DNA of 64,000 bases from Octopus bimaculoides. Taxonomy: Eukaryota. Both the position numbers and the translations under genes were made by a program. The stretch is from NCBI RefSeq assembly GCF_001194135.2, contig NC_068982.1, positions 76,963,573 to 77,027,572 of the forward strand, written 5' to 3'. Numbering within the stretch: the first letter of the stretch is position 1; each line of letters starts with the position of its first letter. Below the pieces are notes generated by a model. The model was not told where the DNA came from, did no database searches, and was given only the letters and a program-made list of their open reading frames with translations. Of this stretch, positions 13,001 to 25,433 are shown piece after piece.

Positions 13001-14180
13001 GTTATTTATTTCATCTCTTTTTGCCTTTAGAAGGATTCATTGGTGAGTTTAGTGTCCCTTTTAATATCTCTTTACCTTTTCCCCCTCCACCCCTCTTCTT
13101 TCTTTCTCTCTCTGTTTCTCTCTTTCTATCTCTGTCTCTTTCTCTATTGATCCTACTGACAGTTAACAATTTTTGGTCTTGATACATACATTTGTGTTCT
13201 AGAATCAGTGGAATGCCTTTCTCATGATTAATTCTTGTCTTCTACGCAAGGAAGACAGAATTCATTAAGACTATTTTCATTTCTACATTTTTGCCCATTC
13301 ACTCTGTTCAAATGAGTTTGCATATTATTATTATATTTATTTTTTTTTTTCCTAACTGTTGTTTACAATCTGGTTTTTGCACTTAGTCAAAACTGTTGCC
13401 ATGTAAGAAAAACAACAGAACCAATGTTAATAGTTCTTTCTTAATCATCACTTGTATCAGAAATCAGTGTTACTTTTTTTTATTTTTGCATTCTCCGTAG
13501 TATTTTCATTGCCTGCGGCACTATTATAGATATTTCGCCACACAAGTTTTTTTTTTGTTTGACCTGCCCACCCCTATTTTTAAAGGAATCTTATTAAAGC
13601 AATGATTTTGTACAACATTCATTTCAGTAAATGACTATGATGATAATGATTTCTGTTGATGAAGTATTTTGGGGGTGGCTGGGGTATATTTTCATAGAGA
13701 GGTAATAATGTCAAGTTTATTTTTCATAAACTTCAGCTGGATGAAATTATATTCAGTCTAGACGGATTTGAACTCATGAACTGAGAGATATTGATTGATT
13801 TGACTGCAGTCAACATCTAAATTTATCAATCTATAGTCTCGAACTTTCTCCAATACCCTTTCATCATTATGTTGTTGTCATCCAAATAGTTGCTCATTAA
13901 ACTACACAACTAATAGTCCGTTGGTCTCATTTAAAGTTTATATATATATATATTCTTAAATAATAATAATAATTATAAGCTTTAAGCTTATAAGTATTCA
14001 CCATGTATTGGCTAAAGAAAGTAATTTAATATTGGGGCATATAAGCCCTCAACAGAAAGAAATATATGCCTGAGTATTAGACTATTTTCTTTAACCAGTA
14101 GACTGTAAACACTTATAAGCTTAAAGCTTATAATTATTATTAATAGAATTTTCACTTGTTACCATTTCTTCATCTAATGC

Positions 14181-14229
<49 letters not shown>

Positions 14230-17200
14230 ATTAAATGGAGATTTCTGATCTCTTATAGCTGCTTAGTAGTAGTGAGGTGGTAATGGATGTAATATTTTGT
14301 TTAACAAGAATGGTATCAAATGTAGGTGGCTCATCGAAACCTAAATTCATGGTCACAGTTTCAGTTCCCTGCTGGAGTTATTTTCACTTCATTCTACTCT
14401 CACTAAGAACCTTTGGAAAGTCATCAACCTCACAATTTGTCATTTAGCAATATAAAAATTCTAGGTTTTTATACCTGCAAATTAAAGAGTAATCACTAGC
14501 ATGAAGAGATTGAACTGTGCCAGGTTAACCCTTAACAAATATCTCGATGACCCAGTGGATTACAGATCATTAATTAATTTAGTTTTTGTTTCCATGTTTA
14601 TCGACTGAGTGGTCTCTTTTCTTAAGAAGCTTTATACAATAAAAAATAACTATTAAATGTAGCAGCATTTCATGACAAAGTTATTTTGGATTGAGTGATT
14701 TTTAAATTCAAATTTAACTTGATTGAAAAACGTTGTCATTTGTGCATACACCCATGCATGCATGCACATTCATGTGTGTGTATATGTACATACATTCAAT
14801 GAACATGAATTTGGCTTGTGTTAACTAAAATGTTGAGTTTAGTAATTAAGTTTCTTTTATAAAATCTAATTCTATCTATCCCAGGGTGGGTGTGTTTTTC
14901 TTCAGACAAATGCCAATTTTCTTAGAAAAGAGATTTTCAATTACCTTTAGAATTTGAACTCAAAACTAAGCACTAAAACTTCATACATTAGAACAACAAC
15001 ATACCTCTCGGCTCTAATATATGCTACACCACTTTTCAATCTACAGATTTGGTGAAGGTTTTTCCCAAATATTTTACAGCTGGCTGATAACTTCCAATAC
15101 CCAAGTTTGTGGGCAAGCTTTCTGAATGTCACATTGGTGTTTGAGCCTTATTGAGCAGAATTCACTGAAATGATGTACTGATTGTGGAATGAGTGAAGTT
15201 CACTTTCCCAAGGAGAGACATTAATGGCATAACATAGACAGGGAACTAAAGTAATAAACAGGCTCAGTTCATACACCATAGTAATAGAGATATGTTGCCC
15301 TATCACCAGAACCCCTTTCTGTCTTTTATAAGGGTCAAAGGAATAGGCATTTTCATCATCATTTAACATCCATGTTCCATGCTGGCATGGGTTGGATGGT
15401 TTGACAGGATTTGATGGGTTCAAGGACTTCATCTTGCTTCACTGTCTGCTTTGACATGGTCTCTAGGATTGGATGCCCTTCCTAATGCCAAATGCTTTAC
15501 TGCATGTGCTCTGTGCTTTCCTTTTTTTTTTTTTATCATGACATGAACACTAGTGCGGTCATCATGCAGCTTGCAAGACTATGAATTCCGAAAGAGCTAG
15601 CTTTATGCTAAGAGATGAGTTAAGATATAAGAGAAGGGTCCAGAGTAGAACATCTTTCTTGCTGTAAAGGATTCACATGCCTACTCAAATTTTAGAAGAG
15701 ATGGCCGGTGTGATTGGGTGAAGCTGGAAAGAGATAAAATAGTGGTGATGTGATGTCTGGGTGAATGCTGAAGCTATGAGGCGAGTAGAAGTAAATTGGA
15801 GTTTGCTAGAAAGAATGAGAGATGGGAAATGGCTGAGATGCTAGGAAGAACAAGTGTTGATTGATAAATATTGGAGGTAGGGAAGAGTAATTGACAACTG
15901 TAAAGATTGAGGAAGATGGAGGGGTAGATAAGGGATGGGAGGCTGACCAATCATGAAGGACAGCAGAATAAACAAGTGGCTTTAATGTAACATAATACTG
16001 GCACTTGGTTTTGTTTTACAACCTTTGCAGGATTTTAAACCTGCTGTTTAAAAGCATCAGATTCACTTAAATAGTGTAGCATGTTTGTTAAGTGTCTGGA
16101 ATAAGTAAGACTGAACAATCATCATCATCATAAGTCAAGAAAATCTGGTATTTAGTCTTTTGCTTAATCTATGCTTATCAGCTTGAAAATTAAAAGGGTT
16201 TTTTTTTTTTTTTTACTTCAAAAATTTTGTAAGCAAGTGAATAGTTTGAAATATTTCCAGTAATCTTTGAATAATCTTTCATGTGTTATTGGTTGGTATT
16301 TTTGTTGTTTTTTTAATTCCATCTGTGGCCAAATATCTACAAGATATGTTCAGATTATATAAATATTAGTTCGTAAGTTATTAGTAGTATTTTTATTAAT
16401 ATTCTTTGTCTGTGGTGGGACATAGGACCACAAGTGTTTTCTTAGTTGCTGATATCAAAATATTTGATTTTAAAAAAGAACAACAATGTGCAGCTGGACC
16501 TTGATACAAAAGAAATATCTATCTTATTGCAGTTCCCTCCAAAAGTCTGCTGAATGAAACAAACTTTTAATATTTTCTATTTTAGAGTAAACTTTCAGAT
16601 TCAATTATTTTTCTTTGCATATAATGAATATAGTATTTAAATTTTTTTTCATTTTATTTCTCTTTCTTCTAAAATTTGCAGTGTATANNNNNNNNNNNNN
16701 NNNNNNNNNNNNNNNNNNNNNNNNNNNNNNNNNNNNNNNNNNNNNNNNNNNNNNNNNNNNNNNNNNNNNNNNNNNNNNNNNNNNNNNNNNNNNNNNNNNN
16801 NNNNNNNNNNNNNNTTTTAAAAAATATTTTGCATTCATTCATAAAATGCTTTTCGTTTTTTAAAAAAAATTTTTACTAACATGGCTTTACTAGGTCTACA
16901 AATTTTGACATTTGCATGTCTTTTTGAAGTGGATTTTTACATCGGAATACTCTCTTCATAATACTAATTTTTCTTTTCCTCCTCATAAACTGGAGTTACT
17001 TTTTATTTTTGAGTTAATGAAGTTTTATCTCTATCTTGCTTTTGCTTTTTTTTTTAACATGTAAATGAAGACTTCAAAATTAAATTAAAATATGTTTTTA
17101 AAATGTTGGTGTGACATAGCTGAGCTTTTATATTTTAAAATTCTGCATTTTTGCTTCTGCCTCATCAATACGCAATATATAGCTGTTATTCAGTGATATG

Positions 17201-20200
17201 CAGTAAGACATCACTATATGTTATAAGAAAAGGGTTTGCAGTTGAAACAGAGCTGAAAGATTTGATGAATCTATTAACCTCATCTTGTTTTTCTTTAAGA
17301 GAATTGTGAGTTGCAATAAAGGTTTGTAAAGTTCAAAAGTAACCCAATCTCAATCTGTACCAATATGTCAGGCAAAATCAATCAGTTTATACCAATCTTT
17401 AAATGAAAATATAATTTTCCAAACAATCCATACTATTACAGTAATAATTGACTGCTTTTGTCTCGGTACTAGGCTGTTTAAATATATATTTCCCCATGGT
17501 CGAGTCATATTAATATAATAGTAGTAATGCAAGCAAAGCTTAAGTTTTTTTCATCAAATATCATCATCCTTTTTCATCCATTCTTTTTCTATGCTTACTT
17601 AGTGTTGGATGAATCTTCTCCTCTACAGTGTCTTGCCACTTCATCCTGTCATTTATCATCTCCTTCATACAGGTTCAGTATCCTGAGAGAAGCTTTTACC
17701 ACTTCTTCTTCTCCTTTCCATGTATTCTAAGGAAGTTTTCCAAATACCAGGAGCTGGTAGAGCAGTGCAAAAACCAGAGCTAGCAGGCACATTGCAAAGT
17801 AATTGAAGTGGGCTGCCAGAGTGTCATCAGGCATTCATTCTGTAAAGCTATGACTAGGCTTGGAGTTACTAGTGCAACAATGAAGGCAGCCATAAATTCC
17901 ATTACTAAAGCTGCAAAGAAAGCCACTAAGTGACTTTTGATAAAGATGATAGACTGGTGGTTCATTGCTACTGTGATGCAAGCTGGGACTTGATCAACTC
18001 TGGTTGGGTCAACAAGGCAAGGGAGTCTGATGATGAAAGACCTGAAACCCCAGAAACATCATTGATGATGCATCCCAAAGCATGCAGAAGTTGTATCTTG
18101 GAACATCACTGAAGATTACCTTTTCTCTTTTTTTTTTCCGTTATATCAATGAAATTCTATGCAAAGCTTAAAGCAAACCGTTTGGTGACATTGCAAATTA
18201 AAAGTGACAGGGTACATCTCCAACCTCTGGAAACTTATCTATTCAGGATTGTCTAGAATTGTTTTAGAAGGAATAGGATCAGTTACAAATTAATTGGCAG
18301 TAAACCTTAGTAGATAATCTGAAATGGAATGTCTGGGTATCTGTTAACATTTTATATATTGGAAGTGAAACATAGGATTTTCGAGCGAGATCGTTGCCAG
18401 TGCCCCTGGACTGGCTTGTGCGGGTGGCACATAAAAGACACCATTTCGAGCGTGGCCGTTTTCGTGCGGGTGACACGTAAAAGCACCCACTACACTCTCT
18501 GAGTGGTTGGCGTTAGGAAGGGCATCCAGCTGTAGAAACTCTGCCAAATCAGACTGGAGCCTGGTGTTGCCATCCGGTTTCACCAGTCCTCAGTCAAATC
18601 GTCCAACCCATGCTAGCATGGAAAGCGGACGTTAAACGATGATGATGATATACACTATTATATTATATCTTATCCAAAACATATAAAATAAATTATGTTG
18701 ATCCTAAATGCTAATCATAAAAAACTGGATAGACAGGACTACTAATGAGGGAACATCATCATTGTCATTTTTTATGTGAACTAGGCTTCTCATGGGAGCA
18801 CAAGACCAAAGCAGAAATGTATGGATACACTCTGCTCATCTCTATTATCTGTTCAATGCAGAGTAGGCTTTGCTGAACAACAGTCCATATCAGATGTTAT
18901 ATGATGAACACTTTGGTACCCTAATAGAAGACAAAAACCCACTTAGTTACATTGATGTTATTGGCAGAAATACACATGAAATTGAAGAACTACCATGGGT
19001 TTTTAATAAGGTAAAGACATTTTTGGTCTGTACCCATTATGAGACCACTTGAAGAAGAGGAGAAATGTTATGTTTATATTGGGGTTGGGGACAGTTTATG
19101 TTTTTGATATTGGTGATGCTAAGTAAGAAAATAGGTTGATACAGGTTGAATAAGTTTATTTATTTTATTTTGAATGTAGATACTCTACAAATATCACATA
19201 CATACCCAAGGCAATATCACAGTCCAGTGACTGATGTAAGGAAGTAAAAGAATATATGTAACAATAATTGGGTCTGAGCCAGGAAAACAAGTGGTCTGTA
19301 CATTGTGATGACAATAATTGTGAAAAGCCTTGATATTCATACAAGGTTTTAGAGCAGACAATGTTAAAAACTATGATCTTTGTAGCTGTTGATTCTGGTC
19401 ATCATCATCATCATCATTTAACATCCATTTTCCATGTTGGCATGGGTTGGATGGCTTGACAGGAACTGCAAGACTAGGGGCTACACCAGGTTCCATAGTC
19501 TGTTTTGGTTTCCATAATTGGATGCCCTTTGTAATGCCAACCACTTTACAGAGTGTACTGGGTGCTATTTATGTGGTACTTTGGTTTTAGGATGTCACTG
19601 CTGTTATGGTGGGTGGGTCTTCTTGAGTACAGCAATGCACCACATATCTCAGTCCTCTGTCATCGCCTTGTAAGGCTCAGTGTTTTGAGATCAGTCTTCA
19701 ATACTTCATCCTGTCTTCTTGGGTCTCTCTTTTCCACATCTTCACTCAACTTTAAGTGATCAGCACTTATTTAACTGCATTTCATTTAGTCTAATTCTGT
19801 TCTTAATTAATTGGGTTATAACTCTCTCCACAACTTTCATTATCTGGACCAGCAATGTGATGCCTCTGTAATTAGCTCTGTCTAAGGCACCTGCCTTTGT
19901 AACAACTAACAATGATGCTGCTACACCAGTCACTAAGGATTTCACCTTCCTGAACAACCTGATTAAGTATATGGGTGACTAGACTGTATCCAACTCTTCC
20001 AGATACCTTAAGCATCTCAGTAGTGACACCTGATGGACCAGGGGTTCCTGTCTTCATATCTTTGATTGCCTTATCTATCAAAATGCTGTCAACTAGAATA
20101 GCTGGTCTCTCTTTTGGGGTCACATGAAGGAGACTCCCTTTTTCCATTCATTCTTCACATTTAGTAGCCTTTCATTGTAGCTCTTCTACACATCTTTCTT

Positions 20201-21629
20201 TTCAGGATCACCAAGAGCATTGTACCATTATCTGTTTGTACACGCTTCTCTCCCACAACATCTTGGTTCTCTCTAATACACTGCCTAGGAATCCGGAACA
20301 CTTCAAGTCTCTGATCTTCACACTGTAAGACAGAGGCAAACTTCTTTCTTTCTGCTTCTGTCCTAACTAGATGCCTAGCTTCTCTTTTAATTATCTGATA
20401 TGGTTCTTTGCTACCCCCCACTCTTCCACTCTTTCCAAGCCCATCTCTTCTTTTTTATAGCCCTATTGACCTCACTGTTCCACCACCATGTTACCCTTGG
20501 TCTGGTGAAAGCTTTGCTTCAACCATAGATTTGGTCTGTCATTTTCAGTAGATTGTTCCATAAGAACTTCCAGTTGTCCTCTATGTCCTATGTCTCCATG
20601 TCTTCCTCCTTCTCTCAAAGACATCATTAAGGACATCTCCTAACATCTACTGTTTGAAGGGTCCTTGAGCTTCCATAACCTCTTTTTCCATATCATTTTG
20701 TATCTCTGGATCCTTCTAGCCTTAAGTTTGAAGTCACTTACCTCTAACCTATGTTGAGTTTTACATTCTTCACCTGGCAAAGACATTGCATTCACAAGCA
20801 TATGCCTATCCCTGTTTCTGGTGAGGATATAGTTAATCTGGCTAGTGTGCCCACCAGATTGATAGGTGATTAGATGGCTGACAGGTTTCCTGAAGTTGAT
20901 GTTGCAAACCATTAAGTCATTTGCATCACAGAACTCCAGCAACTTGTTCCCTCCAAAGCCATAGCCTCAGTGCATGCCATGAAAATATCAGAGTGTTTCT
21001 GACATGGCCATTGAAGTCCCCTGCCACAATGAGAATGAGGTAGTCTACTGAAGGGATTCATACAAATGGTCCTTCTGAATATTTGTAAATCTGACATTTA
21101 GAGCATACTCAGAGATAAATGACATTGTTACATTAAACAGGACTAATCTTAGCTTCATAATCCTGTCACATACCCTAATTACCTCAATCACCTTGTCCAA
21201 CCATTTCTTTGCCAAAAGAATACCTAGACCACCTAACCTATCATTGCTGCCTGCCCAGAAGAACACACAAGCAGTCTGGCTGAGGCTGCCCTCCACCATA
21301 CCTCTTGCACATAGCTCATGTCTACACACCTCTGCTCAAGCATTTCAACAATCTCACCAGACCCACCTTTCTTTGTACTAACAGTGATTGTGACAGCTCT
21401 GAGCTTGTGAACTTGGCATGCCTGGAGGAAAGTTGTTGGGATGTTTTCAGCATCTGAAAAGATGTTTTGCAATTGGTTGCCTAAAGGTAGTGGGTCCTTC
21501 AGGTAAGCAGGTACAAGTACAGGTTGCAGCATGGATTGCATTTTCCTTCAGTCCCGTAAAGCCTTCAAGTTTACGCAACTGCAATGGGGAGAAGCAGATG
21601 AGGGTGAAGAAGAGGAGGGAGAAGTTTTC

Positions 21630-21683
<54 letters not shown>

Positions 21684-24600
21684 GTTTTTATCAAAGCAAC
21701 AATTAGTTTTTGGATAAATGTATGTTCACGAGAGAACATGATAATCATAGCTGTTTTAAATAATGCTGTATAAAGAACTAAATATTTAGTGTGTAGCAAA
21801 AAAAAAATCCGCCTTATCTACCATTCTTGATAAATTTTTCAACAGCACAGTGGTCACTGGACCAAACAATGAGGGTAACTGGAAAACAGTGGTCAAACAG
21901 GAGGATACCATTACTACCTGCTTGACTTCACTAGCAACAGAGTGTAGCAGAAAAACCAATGAGAGGGTTTTTTGTTTTTTTTTACTGCAGCTTGCATGAT
22001 GGAAATATAGTCTCTACTGTAGAAAGCCCAGCAAGGTTTCTGCAATTCTAGTGAATGTTTTTATTAACTGTTTCCGATATATTGAAGCATGAATTTTGTT
22101 TAAGCAAATGACAATCAAGTACATGGCATTCACAAGCCTCAAGAAATATAAAACACTACAGCAACAATGATTGCATTTTGTCTTCAAACAGAGGCTAAAT
22201 TAGTTTCCAATACATCATTACTTGTATGTATGTCAGTTATTTGTCAGTTTATCTGGGCCTGACATTCTCAGATCTGACCACACCACTTGTTATGTCTTCC
22301 TTGATCTACCTCTGTCAGACACACACACAAACACACATATATACATGCGTCATCTATTTACATATCTACTGAGGGATCAGTACAGTTACCACTATGTTGT
22401 ATACCATAAGTCAATGGTATTGAATTCTTGTCACTTCTCAACTCACAGGAACCCAATATTTACACATAAAAATCTCTAAAGTCACTACAATCCTTGAACT
22501 CTAATACAAGAATCACTTTCAGTTTTAAAACTATATTTCTTTTGATATAATGAAAGTGTATGATGGGATGGGGGAGGAATATTTCAATCATCATCATCAT
22601 CATCGTTTAACGTCTGCTTTCCATGCTAGCATGGGTTGGACGATTTGACTGAGGACTGGCAAGCCAGAAGGCTGCACCAGGCTCCAATCTGATCTGGCAG
22701 AGTTTCTACAGCTGGATGCCCTTCCTAACACCAACCACTCCGAGAGTGTAGTGGGTGCTTTTACGTGCCACCGGCACAAGGGCCAGTCACACAGTACTGG
22801 CAACGGCCATGCTCAAAAAGGTGTTTTTTACGTGCCACCTGCACAGGAGCCAGTCCAGCCAATATTTATATTAATAGTTTAATTATTCTGATCATAACTC
22901 TTTTTCAAATATGTATCTCGTTTGGTTTATCTCTCAGGAATATAACTGAGAAAACTTTGTAAGATAAGTAAAATTCATCATCAGCCAAGTGCTCTCCTGT
23001 GTCCAAGGGTCAGCTTGCCAAAAACTCGACAGTTCCCTCTGTGTTGTGCTGCATACACACAATCAGCCAGGCTCTTGTTTCCAGTCCATTCTTTGATGTT
23101 GTCAATCCACAACATTTGTGACAGTCTCTTGCTCTCTTCCTCTCCACATTTCCTGTCAGGGGGGTTTGGGGGCTTTGTGAAATAAACATCAGAGGTACTT
23201 TGTCCCAAGCAGAACCTGCAGAAACTTTTTTAAGGTGTTACAAGTTTTTTGTCTTACTTAATGGTGACTGAGTAATCACATTGTTGGGAACCATTCTGTA
23301 TCTTCAGCAGATATCTCAGAGCCATGATCAGTTCATCCTTTAGCCTGAATGGAGCAGCAAAGGCTAGATTACCCTTCACTTGCAGGAGTTTCAAACCAAT
23401 CTTTTCTACAAGAACTAGTACTGGTGTTGCATGTGGTCCTACAAGTTCAAATTCTGTTTAGAGCACTAAAAATGGTACAACCCAAAATAGAAGATAAAAA
23501 GTTTAATTGAATATGTCTTTAAACACTAGCACTTTTCATTATGTCAAATCTACTTGTACAGATTTACTTTTCTAACCTCTCTACCTTCATCTATCTCCAT
23601 TCCTACAATATGATACCATTCAAAACTTACTGCCACCACAATCTGTATTTGCACTAACATCATATGGCATTAAGGACTAGAAAAGATGAGGTACAAATTT
23701 GTTGCCATGGAAATTGAAATGTTATTGTCAGTGAGCAGATGTACGTTTCAATTTGTGTGTGTATATATACACATACACTGCGCACGCACACACGCAGGCA
23801 TAGCTGTGTGGTTAAGAAGCTTGCTTCCCAACCATGTGGTCTCAAGTTCGGCCTCAACTGCACATCATCTTAGGTAAACATCTTCTATAGCCTGTGGCTG
23901 ACTAAAGCCTTCTAAGTGGATTTGTTAGACAGAATCTAAGAAGCCTGTGTATGTGTGTGTATATATATATATATATCATCATCATCATTATTATTATTTA
24001 ATGTTTACTCTCCACACTGGTATGGGTTCGACAGTTTGACATATAGTTGTAAACAAGCATCATCATTATACAAGCGATGTTGTTCTGCTTCCAACCTTCC
24101 ATGAAAAATGTCTGGCCATGGGGAAATATTACCTTGCTTGAAAATAGCTGAAGGTTGACAACAGGATGAGCATCTGACCATGGAAAATCTGCCTTCTACA
24201 AATTCCGTCTCACCCATGCAAACATGGTAAAGTGGACACTAAATGATGACAATGAATGAAACACACACACTCTTACAGTTTACCTTGTTTTATTTGATTT
24301 GAATTTCTCTATTTTCCCCTCTCCCATTCTTTTGGATCCCAAATCTCTGATATCCAAGTTCTCCTTACCTCTCCCAATTTTTAATTCAACTTTGCTTCTT
24401 TTTTTAATGTCTCTTTATTTAATACTTGTTTCAGTTATTGAATTGTGACCATACTGGGGTACCACTTTGAAGGATTTAGTCAAACAAATCAACCCCAGTA
24501 CATATTTTTAGGTCTGGTTCTTAATCTATTGGTGTTTTGTCAAACTGCTAAGTGACAGGGACAGAAGCAAACCAACACCAATTGTCAACCAGTGGTGGGG

Positions 24601-25397
24601 GATAAATACACATATACTTGTATATAAAGGGCTTCCACTTAATATCTGTCTAACCATATCTACTCACAAGGCTTTGGTCAGTCTGGGGCTGTAGTTGAAG
24701 ACACTTGCCCAAGGTTCCATGCAGTGGGGCTGAATCCAAAAGTACATAATTGCACAAAAAGGCCAAGTATACTTCATTACCTCTTGTGAGCATCTAATTT
24801 AGTTGAACAACTTGAGAAATGTATGTAAAATATGTGTGACTCACACATACACCATTCTTGCAGGTTGTTAGCTCTGTTTCTCACATTTCTTGAGTAGCAT
24901 TTTGTATTTCAAGGGTTCTATCAGCTTTTAATGTTTTACAAAATCAAGAAACGTTAACAATGTCTGAATACATACACACAATCTTCTCTGAAAGAATGGA
25001 GTAAATGAGGGAGCCTCTATGTGGTCACTCAATTTCTTAGAAATAGCAGCAAAGCTCCTTCAAGTCATAGTCTATCATCACTGGAATGGATATGCTGGTA
25101 ATGTGATTCTTCTGAGTTGCATATAGGAAAAAGATGGGATGGTCATGACTAGAATACTTTTGATTAAAAGTCTGTGCAATCAGGACTGATCTAGAGTTAA
25201 ACAACGACTAATAGCTATCCCTCTGTGACATTTGTGCATATTTCCCCCCTCCAATAAAAGTATCATAAAATATATCCATCATCCCTCATCAATGTATGAG
25301 ACTGAGAATTTGTAAAAGCACATGCTTATGATTTCATTGTTGCTATACCACTGTCATGTAAAATCATTTGGCAGCTGTTTTATTTAACCATTCACTG

Positions 25398-25433
<36 letters not shown>

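Noticed and set aside
18020-18056. CTGATGA...GAAAC hammerhead-like words in the HERO-like 3'UTR
   Set aside because: The intervening sequence (TGAAAGACCT) cannot form stem II, and no stem I or cleavage site is evident.
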